Shown in pieces: positions 9,358 through 19,658 of a stretch of DNA of 64,000 nucleotides (its first letter is position 1; every line of letters begins with the position of its first letter). The notes below the pieces were generated by a model. That model saw only the letters and a list, made by a program, of their open reading frames with translations, was not told the origin of the DNA and ran no database searches. The DNA comes from an uncultured virus (IMG/VR IMGVR_UViG_3300047550_002778). Taxonomy: Duplodnaviria; Heunggongvirae; Uroviricota; Caudoviricetes. Made by a program: the position numbers and the translations under genes. The DNA lies in IMG/VR virus record IMGVR_UViG_3300047550_002778, positions 1-64,000 of that record. One strand, written 5' to 3'.

Positions 9358-9966
9358 ATGCCAGCACAAAGCGAAAAACAAGCAAAATATTTTAGATTGG
9401 TGAGAGCTGTTCAAAAAGGAGAAGTTCCTGCGAGTAAAGTATCAAAACAATTAAGAAAAACTGCAAAGTCAATTTCTCCTAAAGCTGCTAAAGATTTTAC
9501 AAAGGTAAAAGAAATTGTAAATAAATACATCAATGAAGCAGAATATACGTCTGCAAAAATGAAAGAAGTTCCAGATAAAACTTTGGATGATGTATTGAGA
9601 GAAAACTCAGGAGTAAAGTTTGATAATGATGAATTATTAACTTTTCAAAACAAACAGAGTGGATTTGGTGGATTTGGTAAAGTAAATTTTGTTCACAAGA
9701 AAAGCACAAACGAAATAAGTGCAACTGTAACAAGTAATGAATCTAACAAAATTTACGTATTTAAAAAATTAGTCAACAACCAAAATCCAGGCCTTTATAA
9801 CTATGGGTGTTTCATAGAAATTTCGCTTGCAAAAGACAGTGAAGACGAAAAAGAAAATAAACCAAAAGTAGTATACTTACTTAGTAGTATTTTTAATAAT
9901 AAAGGCGAAGAAAAGACAAAGATATTAGCAGATTTCATTGATAGGATTAATTCATATGGACTATAA
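9358..9966 (+). CDS. Hypothetical protein
   Basis: 202-aa ORF; N-terminal MPAQSEKQAKYFRLVRAVQKG resembles a recurrent phage motif; preceded by a late box. Confidence 0.7.
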   Translation: MPAQSEKQAKYFRLVRAVQKGEVPASKVSKQLRKTAKSISPKAAKDFTKVKEIVNKYINEAEYTSAKMKEVPDKTLDDVLRENSGVKFDNDELLTFQNKQSGFGGFGKVNFVHKKSTNEISATVTSNESNKIYVFKKLVNNQNPGLYNYGCFIEISLAKDSEDEKENKPKVVYLLSSIFNNKGEEKTKILADFIDRINSYGL

Positions 9967-10321
9967 AACACTATACAGTCAAGCAAAATTAAACAGTTTC
10001 TTAAATAAAGCAAAAGATCAAGAAATTGAGCCTGACAAATTTAAACTAATAGAAATTGATCATCCAAATGGTTGGAACTTCAATGAAATAGATACATTGG
10101 GTGATATGGGATTTAAAATTGACAACGATACCGATATGGTATGTGAAGTTGAAATTCCCACACTAGAAATGATGGAAGAAAAAGTTCCAGTTAGAGTATA
10201 TAAAAACGAAAACGGTTATGTCCTTGAGACTAACCGTCAATACGTTTTTGAGAGTTTTGAAAAGATGATTGAATTTATCGATTCAATACCATCTGATCCA
10301 AAAATGAGACATGTTAAATAA
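9956..10321 (+). CDS. Hypothetical protein
   Basis: Likely ATG at 9956 (MDYKTL), overlapping the upstream stop; acidic. Confidence 0.6.
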   Translation: MDYKTLYSQAKLNSFLNKAKDQEIEPDKFKLIEIDHPNGWNFNEIDTLGDMGFKIDNDTDMVCEVEIPTLEMMEEKVPVRVYKNENGYVLETNRQYVFESFEKMIEFIDSIPSDPKMRHVK

Positions 10322-10323
10322 TC

Positions 10324-10869
10324 TTACTTATTTGATTGATATGGTGGTTGTTGATGTGGTTGAGTAATAGGTTGAGCACCAGCCAATTCTTTATTTTCTA
10401 CTGCTGTTCCCCAAGCGGTTGGGTCTGGTGGACTTGCAACACTTACTGAACCTTGATGATCTTGAGTTTGAAATGCTTGAGGAGCTTCTGTTACTGGATC
10501 TGCAATTTCAAAATAACGTTCCAACTTCAAACCAATTTCTTCATAAAGCATTTCAAGTTGATGTTCAACACCTTTGATTTTGTTTGCTTCTTCATACAAT
10601 TGACGTGCCATTTTCTTGACTTCTTTCATGTCACGTTCAATCATTTTAGCTTCCATCCATTCATCGCATTCTTTCAAAGCATAACGTTCTGCCAAATTTA
10701 CTGCTTCCATAATCTTAGTAGCAGTAGCATAAATACACTCTGCCTTTAAATCTTTACGGTATTCGTTATATGCTTTGACGGTCTCACGAAGTTTGACTTT
10801 TTCTTCTTTAGTCAAAGGAGCATATGCTGTTTCAGTAGAATTTTCTACAAGATGTTTTAGCTTAATCAT
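10324..10869 (-). CDS. Hypothetical head-associated protein
   Basis: Likely start MIKLKHLVE at 10869, with TATTTATT box 4 nt upstream; helical; lies in the head module. Confidence 0.65.
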   Translation of the reverse strand: MIKLKHLVENSTETAYAPLTKEEKVKLRETVKAYNEYRKDLKAECIYATATKIMEAVNLAERYALKECDEWMEAKMIERDMKEVKKMARQLYEEANKIKGVEHQLEMLYEEIGLKLERYFEIADPVTEAPQAFQTQDHQGSVSVASPPDPTAWGTAVENKELAGAQPITQPHQQPPYQSNK

Positions 10870-10890
10870 ATACAATAAATATATTTAAAA

Positions 10891-11490
10891 TTACAATTCA
10901 GAGATAATGTTATGAATAATTCTCTCTATATTGTTATATGGGTTAATAATTTTATTTTCTACGCTTTCATTGATTTTACCTTGTGGATACATGAAAGCTC
11001 CTTGTGTAGAAGGATTACTTACAAAATCAAATGCGATCAAGTCAAAATCATCTTGAACAACATCCGCACCTTCTCTCATATCCTTTTTAACACTGCCCAA
11101 TCCACGACTACTGATGCCCAAAAGAATACCAGCTTTTAATAAATCTTTCAAAATATTACCACTTGGGGTTGGCAATATTTCTACGGTTCCTACCAAGTCG
11201 TCACCATCCCAACCCATATCTACAATGTTATGACTAACATTCTTTAAGTTAACGACGCTACTTTCTGGATGATCTAACTCACCCATTGCACGACGTTGTT
11301 TAACAAAATTATCCATATACTTTGTTGCTTCACGTTCCAAAATAGTCTTAGGATAAACACGACCGTTTTGGTTTTTTGCATCTGCACGTTGTAAAGTGCC
11401 GGTCACAAGTAGTTTACCATTGTTCAACGACTCATTGAGTGATGTTTTTTTAAATTCAAATGGTAATACGTCAATTAATACTGTTTTCAT
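10891..11490 (-). CDS. Prohead core protease (T4 gp21-like)
   Basis: NQNGRVYP, AMGELDHPE, VSH, GISSRGLGS, DFVSNPSTQGA. Confidence 0.95.
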   Translation of the reverse strand: MKTVLIDVLPFEFKKTSLNESLNNGKLLVTGTLQRADAKNQNGRVYPKTILEREATKYMDNFVKQRRAMGELDHPESSVVNLKNVSHNIVDMGWDGDDLVGTVEILPTPSGNILKDLLKAGILLGISSRGLGSVKKDMREGADVVQDDFDLIAFDFVSNPSTQGAFMYPQGKINESVENKIINPYNNIERIIHNIISEL

Positions 11491-11491
11491 A

Positions 11492-12628
11492 TTATGCTGA
11501 TGGTTGTTGTGGTGCTGGTTGGGCAGGTTCTTCTGGTTTAGCCGGTGCTGGTTGTTCCTTTGAAGTTACAACGTTTGATGCACCTGCGGATGTTTGTTTG
11601 GAAGGATCAACCAAAGCTTGTGATTTAGCAATTTGATATTTGTCTTTTTGCTTAATATCCGCTGGTCCTAAAATTTTTATCTTAAAACCTGGTTTTACAA
11701 AAAACTTTGCGGTCTTTTGTTTGTTTTCTTCACGACCAATTATGATAATAACATATCTATCATAATAATAATCAATTTGAACACCAGTTACATTGATTGT
11801 GTAATCTGTTTCTGGTTGTTTATATCCTTTACTAGCACGAACCACAATCTTTTTATTTAAAATTTGATCTTGAATCTTCTTTTGAAGTTCCAATTTTGAC
11901 TTCTCAGTAGTATTTTTTAACTTGGTATCAAAATTAGTAAAATCAGGTTGAATATCATATGATTGAACATTGATTGTTGGTGCTGAAGGTTTTTGTTGTG
12001 TTGGCTGCGCAGCTGGTTGTGGTTGTGAATTAGCAGGTGCTTCGTCCGCTTCTTTTGTCAAATATTTTGCTTTTTTATATCCTTCAATTATATTCAACGC
12101 TTTTTTAGAAATTTCTGTTGTAGGCATTATTGTTTGTTTATAACCAGCAAGACCAGGATCTAGTTCTGGGTCACCATGTTGAACCAATCCATTTTTATCT
12201 TTATAAGTTGCAACTGGTTCAATATTTTGTGCTGGAGTAATATATGCAGGTTCGCTATACATTTGATTTTCCAATTCAAGATCTTTATCTCTTTTAACTG
12301 GTTTTGCCAATTTAAATCCCAATTGAGTAGCAGCTCTTACATTGCCTGGTCCTCTTCTTGAAAAAGCAAATGGAGTCAAATATGCTCCAGCAGCACTACT
12401 TGTAGAAGCTCCTACATCTTCATTTTTCTTCTTAAGTTGAGCATCTACTTTTTTTTCAATCTCTTTACGAGCTGAAGAAGGCAGTTTTTCGGCGTGTGAT
12501 TGAAGCCACGCATGATATTGTTCTTTATCAATACGAGCAAGTTCGCTATCTCTATAAATTTGAGCGTATTTTTTTACAATATCTCTGAAGGGATCACCTG
12601 ATTCTTTAAGAGGCTTTTTCATTGGCAA
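11492..12628 (-). CDS. Hypothetical protein in head module
   Basis: 378-aa ORF between portal-adjacent gene and protease; AYLTPFAF motif; Gln/Pro linkers. Confidence 0.65.
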   Translation of the reverse strand: MPMKKPLKESGDPFRDIVKKYAQIYRDSELARIDKEQYHAWLQSHAEKLPSSARKEIEKKVDAQLKKKNEDVGASTSSAAGAYLTPFAFSRRGPGNVRAATQLGFKLAKPVKRDKDLELENQMYSEPAYITPAQNIEPVATYKDKNGLVQHGDPELDPGLAGYKQTIMPTTEISKKALNIIEGYKKAKYLTKEADEAPANSQPQPAAQPTQQKPSAPTINVQSYDIQPDFTNFDTKLKNTTEKSKLELQKKIQDQILNKKIVVRASKGYKQPETDYTINVTGVQIDYYYDRYVIIIIGREENKQKTAKFFVKPGFKIKILGPADIKQKDKYQIAKSQALVDPSKQTSAGASNVVTSKEQPAPAKPEEPAQPAPQQPSA

Positions 12629-13478
12629 GTTTATTCAATTCTTCAATCAATTCATAAGCGCTTAAAAGACTGGTCAAATGATTTTCTTTTACTACACCTG
12701 TGATTGTTTTATTTGAAAGTTGAGAAACAGTTTCGTTGAGTTTGATCTTAATAATATCACTCTTTACCAATATTGCTCTTTCCTTAAGAACATCTGCAAC
12801 ACGTTTATACTCTTTATTAACAAATTCAGTGAACTTGTTAGTATTTGATACGTTTGTAATATATTCTTTTAACAACGCTTTTTGCGAAGGCAACAAAGAC
12901 GAATACTTTTTGTTGAAGTTTTCGATCAAGAACTTATATGCGAGTAACTTCACTTCGGCTGGTTGAGAACTATATACATCCAAAGCTTGTTCTTCGTTCT
13001 TTCTTTCCTTTGTTAAATTTTCTACTACAAATTCTCTTGCTTCTAAAATTTCTTCAACATCAAACTTTACGTCATCTGAACTTTGATTTTCAAACAACTT
13101 ATAAACAGAAGCATACAATTTATAATTTGGAATTTTATTTTTCAAAAATTCATCAATGTTAAATTTTTCTTTGATCTCTTTTACTAAATTATATTTTTGA
13201 TTATTTAAATCACGTTCATTAATTTTAGAACGTGTTTGTAATACCACATTCAAAATACGATCAGCAGACTCAGAATTTTTTGAAGATTGACTAATAATAA
13301 AATTATAAAGTTGAAACTCTTTTCCGAGCGCAGTTCCTTCGTTGAAGTATTTGAACATCAAGTTCTTGGTGAATGACTCATCACGACCTGCCAAAATATC
13401 TGCGGTAATTTGTCGAGTTAGTAATTCAAACAATACTCCGCTATTCTTAAACTTCGAATGTTTAGCTTTCTTGCGCAT
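12606..13478 (-). CDS. Conserved hypothetical protein (possible prohead core component)
   Basis: Helical 290-aa ORF directly downstream of the portal gene; KHSKFKNSGVLFELLTRQIT. Confidence 0.65.
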   Translation of the reverse strand: MRKKAKHSKFKNSGVLFELLTRQITADILAGRDESFTKNLMFKYFNEGTALGKEFQLYNFIISQSSKNSESADRILNVVLQTRSKINERDLNNQKYNLVKEIKEKFNIDEFLKNKIPNYKLYASVYKLFENQSSDDVKFDVEEILEAREFVVENLTKERKNEEQALDVYSSQPAEVKLLAYKFLIENFNKKYSSLLPSQKALLKEYITNVSNTNKFTEFVNKEYKRVADVLKERAILVKSDIIKIKLNETVSQLSNKTITGVVKENHLTSLLSAYELIEELNKLANEKAS

Positions 13479-13534
13479 ATAGTTCTCTATTAATTATAAA
13501 TATGTTAAAAAATTAAAAATCATCGGTATTTATA

Positions 13535-15505
13535 TCATTCTTTGAGATTTGTTTCATCCATATAAGACCCCGAGACGCCTTCTCTCAAAATTTCCTTTGA
13601 TTTATCAATATTTTGTAAAATCGCACTCAACGAATCCATCGACTCTAAAGATAGTGGCGAACGTTTTTTATATTTATGACTTGGCGACAAATCTGGTTTA
13701 CTATCCAACTCTAATGTGCCCAATGGATCCTCTCCAAAAGCATATTTTCTAGCTTTTTTCCTACCAGTTTGATCACGATCTCGTTCTTCTTCTTTTTTAC
13801 GAGCAGCTTCTTCACGTTCATGCGCAGACATCTTTACCTTTTCAGTTAATTTCGGAGCTTCTCCACCACCTGTTGGAGCAGCAGCGCCGGCTTCAGTGCC
13901 ACCTCCTGTTTCTCCTCCACCTTCAGCACCTCCACCGGCGCCACTCTCTTCCCCACCTCCAGCGCCACCCTCTGAACCCCCACCTTCTCCACCTTCTTCA
14001 GCGCCTTTGGCTTTTAGGAAATTTAATGCGGGATCGTTGCCTTCTTCTTCAATTTGTTTGAAGCGATACATACCCTTAGCATCATCCACTAGTTGTTTTT
14101 GTAACACAATCATGTCTTGGTCACTCATACCAAACACTTTTTCATATATCCACTTTTTACTAAACAACTTTTGCTCTTGCATGTCCTTACTGACTTCCAC
14201 CTTACTCTTCCAAACATCAATCTTTTCTTTTTCAAATATTGTAGATGGATTAGTCAATTCAAGACTAAAGTCAACAAGTGAATCATCACGATAACCTTGA
14301 CTATACAAATGAACCACAGCAATCTTATTTAACTCACTAACAATAATACGTTGAACACGTTCAATTGTTCTTGAAAAGCGAATATCTTCAGCTGCTAGTG
14401 TTGCTTTACCACTTAGACTTTCATCATATCCCAAGAATGCTTTTGGAATCTTAAGTGCTGCCATCATCTTATTACGAAGATACTCAATGTCATCTGTGCC
14501 AGTCCATTCAAGACCAGGCAAATTATCAATACTTGTTCCACTATCTCCACCACGAACTGGCAAGAAAAAATCTTCAACCATGTTTTGCAGATTGAAACGA
14601 AGATTATAATCACCAGTTGCTTGATCCAAATATGGAGTTTTTTTCATTTGTTGAATAATACGTTCCATATGATTATCAACTTCATTTGGCGGAATATTAC
14701 CGATATCAACTTTGAAAATACGTTTTTCTGGAGCACGCATAATACGATGAATTAACATTGCGTCTTCCATCAAACTCAATTGTTTCCATACACGACGAGC
14801 ACCTTCCAACATACTCTTACCATATGGCAAGAAGTTACTATCACTCAACAAACGAAAATGTGCCATTTGATAATTTTCAAGATCTTCAATTTTGTTACCA
14901 TATGGAAGATTAACTTGAAATTTAACAAAGCTCTTATTTTGTAGATGAGCATTTTCTACACGGGTCACATAATATGAACTTAGAGGTTCTACCATGTATA
15001 CACCATATTCTGGACTGATGTGTAATCTCAAATAAAAATCACCATACTTAACCATACTACGAGTCCAAGACCAAAGATTGAATTCGATGTTAAGAATGTC
15101 ATAAAACAAATTATTTAATACACTCTTAATATCATCATTTGAGCTTTTAACAGTAATGATCTCACCCAATTCATTTCGGGTTGTGCATTCGTCTGCATAA
15201 ATGTCCAAAGCGGATGCCAAAATTGGATCCATATCCATTGTATCATAATCTCTAAACAACTCTACACGGCTACTTTGATAACTTAAATTAAAGTCTCTGG
15301 TATATTGATTATAAGCAGTGGTTCTAAGACGATTAAAACGATCTCTTAGACTATTACGATCTGTAGCATAAAAAATTTCATCCGTATCAATGACCTTGAG
15401 TTTTTTGCCACCTACGTTGCGAACAATTACGTCATTGCTGAAAAGTCTTTTCAGTCTTGCGTAAAGTGACCTATTTTTTAACTCTTGAAATGATTTGTCA
15501 TCCAT
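13535..15505 (-). CDS. Portal protein (T4 gp20-like)
   Basis: YDTMDMDPILASALDIYADE, LMEDAMLIHRIMRAPEKRIFKVDIGN, EDFFLPVRGGDSGTSIDNLPG, ALKIPKAFL. Confidence 0.95.
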   Translation of the reverse strand: MDDKSFQELKNRSLYARLKRLFSNDVIVRNVGGKKLKVIDTDEIFYATDRNSLRDRFNRLRTTAYNQYTRDFNLSYQSSRVELFRDYDTMDMDPILASALDIYADECTTRNELGEIITVKSSNDDIKSVLNNLFYDILNIEFNLWSWTRSMVKYGDFYLRLHISPEYGVYMVEPLSSYYVTRVENAHLQNKSFVKFQVNLPYGNKIEDLENYQMAHFRLLSDSNFLPYGKSMLEGARRVWKQLSLMEDAMLIHRIMRAPEKRIFKVDIGNIPPNEVDNHMERIIQQMKKTPYLDQATGDYNLRFNLQNMVEDFFLPVRGGDSGTSIDNLPGLEWTGTDDIEYLRNKMMAALKIPKAFLGYDESLSGKATLAAEDIRFSRTIERVQRIIVSELNKIAVVHLYSQGYRDDSLVDFSLELTNPSTIFEKEKIDVWKSKVEVSKDMQEQKLFSKKWIYEKVFGMSDQDMIVLQKQLVDDAKGMYRFKQIEEEGNDPALNFLKAKGAEEGGEGGGSEGGAGGGEESGAGGGAEGGGETGGGTEAGAAAPTGGGEAPKLTEKVKMSAHEREEAARKKEEERDRDQTGRKKARKYAFGEDPLGTLELDSKPDLSPSHKYKKRSPLSLESMDSLSAILQNIDKSKEILREGVSGSYMDETNLKE

Positions 15506-15529
15506 ATAGTGCTATCTTATATATAAGTA

Positions 15530-17143
15530 TTACAACAACCAAGTTAGTGATTCTTTTTTACCTGTTCCAGTCTGCCCATGACTTCCAGCATCAAATTTCC
15601 ACGTTTCTTGAGGCGACTGTATGATTTTATATTGTGATGCTGGACCGGGTGTTGTATTAGTTACTTTTTTTATTCCCCCCAGCATAGTTTTTGTATAAGC
15701 CATTTGTTCCGTTCTTAACTTTAATGCGGTCCCACGCACCCATAAACCAATACTCAATGCCATTACTAAATCGTCATTATACCCTTTCATTGCTTCTGGC
15801 TTGGGTCCATTCCATATAAACACATTTAGCTCCTCGTAGAGTCTTATAGACTTGATTACGACCGATTTGTCTCTAAAGCAAGACTCCATGTTACTGACCA
15901 TCAAAGGTCTATTTTTGTTAGTTGTAGTAAATCCAGGCACCAATTTCTTGTCTTGAGTGTTCAGTTTATTGGTGTATGTATGTTCTACATCAACTACATT
16001 CAAATCTGGAGAACTGTAGAATGTATTTTTATAATCTCTATCAATGATTTGTTGAAGTGTTCCCCAACCAATATTATTATTTTCTACAATCAACAAAGCA
16101 TTGTTATACTCGGTGGCAATAGATACCAACAGATTACCATAATCTTTGGTAGTTAGTTGACCTTTATACTCCGCAACTTGTTCTAGTGTTTCTACATCAA
16201 ATATATGAAATGCACTATAGTCAGCGCCATCACCTCTAGCACAATCAGCAGTCACTATATAATTTTTGCTATAATCTGGTCGATCCCATATCCATAAATC
16301 TTGTGTTGCTCCTCTACGTTCGACCGGCTCTTTTATATGAGTTTGTTTATAAAATTCAAGGGTATCAACACTAACAACTTGATTACCAGATGTAGAAAAG
16401 TCACAATCACATTCTTGTGCAGCACCCTTTACACCAGACAATTCTGTTTGTCTATCACGCCAAGCTTGATCACGTTCTGGATGTAAATACCAAGGCAATT
16501 TAATGGTATTAAACCCATTTTCACCAGCCTCAGCAGCAACCCAAGTTTTGTGAAAGAAGTTACCAACACCATTTGGAGTAGACAATAGAATAGCTCTACC
16601 ACCAGTTGATAACGTATATTGAGCAGACAACCAGATTTCTTCAATGCCATCAATGAATGCCGCTTCGTCAATGATTAGAAGTGACAAAGCAGCAGAACGG
16701 CCTGCAGTTCCAGCACTACTTACCGCCTTAATTTGTGATCCATTCTTTAATCTTAAACTCAATCTGTTGTCTTCAATACACGGAACCTTTAACCATGTAG
16801 GAAGATTATCATTGGCAAATCTGACCTTGGTAACGATTTCTTTTGCCGTTTCTTGAGTAATACTGATGATCAAAATGTTTTTATCAGTATGAAATGTCAT
16901 CAACCATAAACTATATGCCGCTGTCAGTGTAGAAATGCCCATCTGACGACTTTTCAAAATGATGTTCAGATTTTTATCAACCAAATCTTGAAGAGCTTCT
17001 TCTTGAAAAGCATATAAATCAAAGTTACAAGTGCCTTTTACTGGATGTTGAATCTTTACATACTTCTTCATGAAGTATATTGGATTCTCAAGACACTTTT
17101 TATACTCCTGCTTTATTATTTCTCTTAGATTTTGCTGACTCAT
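15530..17143 (-). CDS. Terminase large subunit (T4 gp17-like)
   Basis: Walker A KSRQMGIST, Walker B LIIDEAAF, LSTPNG, nuclease TADCARG and NDDLVMA. Likely ATG at 17143. Confidence 0.95.
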   Translation of the reverse strand: MSQQNLREIIKQEYKKCLENPIYFMKKYVKIQHPVKGTCNFDLYAFQEEALQDLVDKNLNIILKSRQMGISTLTAAYSLWLMTFHTDKNILIISITQETAKEIVTKVRFANDNLPTWLKVPCIEDNRLSLRLKNGSQIKAVSSAGTAGRSAALSLLIIDEAAFIDGIEEIWLSAQYTLSTGGRAILLSTPNGVGNFFHKTWVAAEAGENGFNTIKLPWYLHPERDQAWRDRQTELSGVKGAAQECDCDFSTSGNQVVSVDTLEFYKQTHIKEPVERRGATQDLWIWDRPDYSKNYIVTADCARGDGADYSAFHIFDVETLEQVAEYKGQLTTKDYGNLLVSIATEYNNALLIVENNNIGWGTLQQIIDRDYKNTFYSSPDLNVVDVEHTYTNKLNTQDKKLVPGFTTTNKNRPLMVSNMESCFRDKSVVIKSIRLYEELNVFIWNGPKPEAMKGYNDDLVMALSIGLWVRGTALKLRTEQMAYTKTMLGGIKKVTNTTPGPASQYKIIQSPQETWKFDAGSHGQTGTGKKESLTWLL

Positions 17144-17747
17144 ATTTTTGTTCCAGATCTGTGATAAACCCATCAATTTCAGCCAATCTGGCATTTACAA
17201 CATCTAAATCTTTTATAACGTCCTCTTTTATCTTCAATAGACCATCTGAGTTTTCCCATTTCTCTATAGAACCATCTTCATTAATAAACTCAAGTGGTTT
17301 GTTTTCATTGTTTTTACACCAATCAAGAGTTTCATCAAACTTCTTTTTATAATCAATCAACAATGATTTTTCATTTTTAAGATCTCTAATTTTATCAAAA
17401 TATTCCCAAGTTCCATCCATTTTCATTTGGGTTTCAATTTTTATAAAACAATCATAACACAACTGAGTTTTTGGCCACACTTGATCATCTAAATAATTAC
17501 CCCATCTAACATCCGCATTACATTCTTTACATATTTTGGTGTTAATGATTGTCGCCTTTCTTGGAACTCTACGTTTGGCGCCATTTTTCCATATCCATTT
17601 ACGACCTTGACCATCTTCCCACTCGTCGCCTTCTTTACGCTTAGCATTATCTAAATTTGAATCATAACCTACTTGAACGAATGGTCTATTACCGTCCAAG
17701 TAATCTTTAATAATTTCAAGATTACTCTTGCCTTGTGCTCTTTTCAT
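17100..17747 (-). CDS. Hypothetical Zn-binding protein overlapping the terminase start
   Basis: CKEC...CYDC pairs; overlaps the terminase 5' end. Small-terminase identity is not demonstrable from sequence. Confidence 0.6.
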   Translation of the reverse strand: MKRAQGKSNLEIIKDYLDGNRPFVQVGYDSNLDNAKRKEGDEWEDGQGRKWIWKNGAKRRVPRKATIINTKICKECNADVRWGNYLDDQVWPKTQLCYDCFIKIETQMKMDGTWEYFDKIRDLKNEKSLLIDYKKKFDETLDWCKNNENKPLEFINEDGSIEKWENSDGLLKIKEDVIKDLDVVNARLAEIDGFITDLEQKYESAKSKRNNKAGV

Positions 17748-17765
17748 AACAAATATGTATTTATT

Positions 17766-18818
17766 TTATTTACCAAAACCACTTTGTAGTCCTTTAATAA
17801 TGAAACTACCAGTGATTTTATATGGTTTACTGTAAATACTTGGATCTCTCACAACTATACCTTCATGCTTTTCAAGATCCCCAATTTCACTTGTAGCATT
17901 CTTTAGTATTTCATCACCAAGTTTAACAGTAGCAATATATACGATTGTATCATTTATAACTTTATTTATATCTTGACCTTCAAAATCTTGTTCAATATTT
18001 TTACTATTTGATGCTTTGATAAATTGTTCGCGGGTAATCAAAGGAGTCTGAATCGTCACTGTGTTCAACCAATCTTTCAAACTTTTTGTTACTGGTGTTC
18101 CATTTGGATACAATGTTACTTTTTCGCCAAGTGGTTTTGACAAGTTTGGTTTTGTTTTGAATGTTGTATCTACACTACCCAATACTTTAAATCCGTGCTT
18201 CTTCGCAACTAAATTTAATTTATTGATATAACTTTGCATTGCTGCTTTGTCATATGATATTTCGGTAGCCGCACGTGACTTCACACTGCCGTCTTTACCA
18301 AATGTCTTGGGCTTGATTTCTTTTAATCCATGAATAGCAAGAAAGTTACCTATATCACCATAACCCACAACGTTTGTTTGTCCTTCAACATATTCAACGT
18401 TCAACAGAATATTGGGATTATCTAATAAACCTAACTTCTTCAATTCTGATTGTGTAGATGGTATTGCTTCATCAAAAATATTAATAACCTTAGAGCCAAT
18501 TTTTACAAATCCATGTTCTTGTCCAGTTGTAGGATCTGGTTGAAATCTGCCAGGCAAATCTTCTGGCCTCATACCTTTAACATCGAATGCTTTGGCACTA
18601 CCACGATCCATTACAAACTGACCATTCACCAAACGAATACTTGCGTTTACGCCGTCAATCTTTACACTACCAGATCCCTTTTCTAAAGATTTTATTGTCT
18701 TGTTAAACACATCAACAAGTTGTTTACCATTAGAAGCAAAATCAAATGGATGATCCATATGACCACCAGCACCACCTTCATTGATCACTTCAAACAAAAT
18801 TCTACTAAGTTTAATCAT
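17766..18818 (-). CDS. Conserved phage hypothetical protein, possibly ligase/nucleotidyltransferase-like
   Basis: Likely start MIKLSRILFE; EGGAGGHMDHPFD; KIDG, HEGIVVR and YKITG resemble ATP-dependent ligase-type motifs I, IV and V. Confidence 0.55.
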   Translation of the reverse strand: MIKLSRILFEVINEGGAGGHMDHPFDFASNGKQLVDVFNKTIKSLEKGSGSVKIDGVNASIRLVNGQFVMDRGSAKAFDVKGMRPEDLPGRFQPDPTTGQEHGFVKIGSKVINIFDEAIPSTQSELKKLGLLDNPNILLNVEYVEGQTNVVGYGDIGNFLAIHGLKEIKPKTFGKDGSVKSRAATEISYDKAAMQSYINKLNLVAKKHGFKVLGSVDTTFKTKPNLSKPLGEKVTLYPNGTPVTKSLKDWLNTVTIQTPLITREQFIKASNSKNIEQDFEGQDINKVINDTIVYIATVKLGDEILKNATSEIGDLEKHEGIVVRDPSIYSKPYKITGSFIIKGLQSGFGK

Positions 18819-18819
18819 A

Positions 18820-19584
18820 TTATTTAATAAATGTTTTTTCAAATACATTCACACCTTTTAGATATGAACTTTTAGTTTCATCAAGCGCATTATCTGTAAA
18901 CTGCCAATTCCAAAACAACGGATCTGGGGTCTTAAATCCGTAAAATTCCAATACACTTTTTTGAGTAGCAGTCACATCAGATCCATTCCAATTTTGACCG
19001 ACTGCAATAAATCCAGCATCAATATTTTTTACTAAATTACTTTCGCCTAATGTTGAATGACGATTTTCAATCCAAGTTAATCGTTCAATTAATTTTTGAT
19101 AGTAACTATTTGCTTGTCCCCATCTAATACTAGCAAAAAATAACACACAGTCACTTTCAAATAGTTCTTTACTGATTTTCCAAAGTTCATCACCTTTTTC
19201 ATTGATACTAGCCCAACAACGATGATGACCACTTGGATTTTGTTCTTTGTTTTTTAATAAAGCACCAATAGTCCCACAATGATTTCCACCAAATTCTTTG
19301 TTACTACTTACATTACCTTCACAAGGAACTATATGTAATTTGGTAGTATCAATAAGTGTTACCTTTTCTTTACCCAATAGATCTTGTATTTTAAGTGCTA
19401 ATTGACTACTTTTAGGCACATCATCTTTATGTTTGACCCATCTATTACTAGTAGTCAACAACAAAACTTTTTTCTTATCACGTAAATAATCAATTGTCTT
19501 TTTGTATTTACGTGCATACAAATCCATATCCTGTTCACTCACAGGCAATTTAGCTTCTAATAAAAGGTCTGAAAGACTAATCAT
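18820..19584 (-). CDS. Flavodoxin-fold NAD(P)H-dependent FMN reductase / iron-sulfur flavoprotein-like protein
   Basis: LLLTTSNR, IVPCEGNVS...C...C, ESDCVLFFASIRWG, YQKLIERL. Likely start MISLSDLLLE at 19584. Confidence 0.7.
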   Translation of the reverse strand: MISLSDLLLEAKLPVSEQDMDLYARKYKKTIDYLRDKKKVLLLTTSNRWVKHKDDVPKSSQLALKIQDLLGKEKVTLIDTTKLHIVPCEGNVSSNKEFGGNHCGTIGALLKNKEQNPSGHHRCWASINEKGDELWKISKELFESDCVLFFASIRWGQANSYYQKLIERLTWIENRHSTLGESNLVKNIDAGFIAVGQNWNGSDVTATQKSVLEFYGFKTPDPLFWNWQFTDNALDETKSSYLKGVNVFEKTFIK

Positions 19585-19608
19585 CACATATAAATATCTA
19601 TACAAATG

Positions 19609-19640
19609 AAAAAACCCCGCCTTTTTACGGGCGGGGTTTT
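19609..19640 (-). terminator. Intrinsic terminator after tail sheath gene
   Basis: aaaaaaccccgcc-tttttacg-ggcggggtttt GC-rich stem with T tracts on both strands. Confidence 0.85.
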
Positions 19641-19658
19641 GATTTATTCTATTTCAGA

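Noticed and set aside
17100..17747. Assignment as terminase small subunit
   Set aside because: Position fits but no diagnostic motif is recognised; left as hypothetical.
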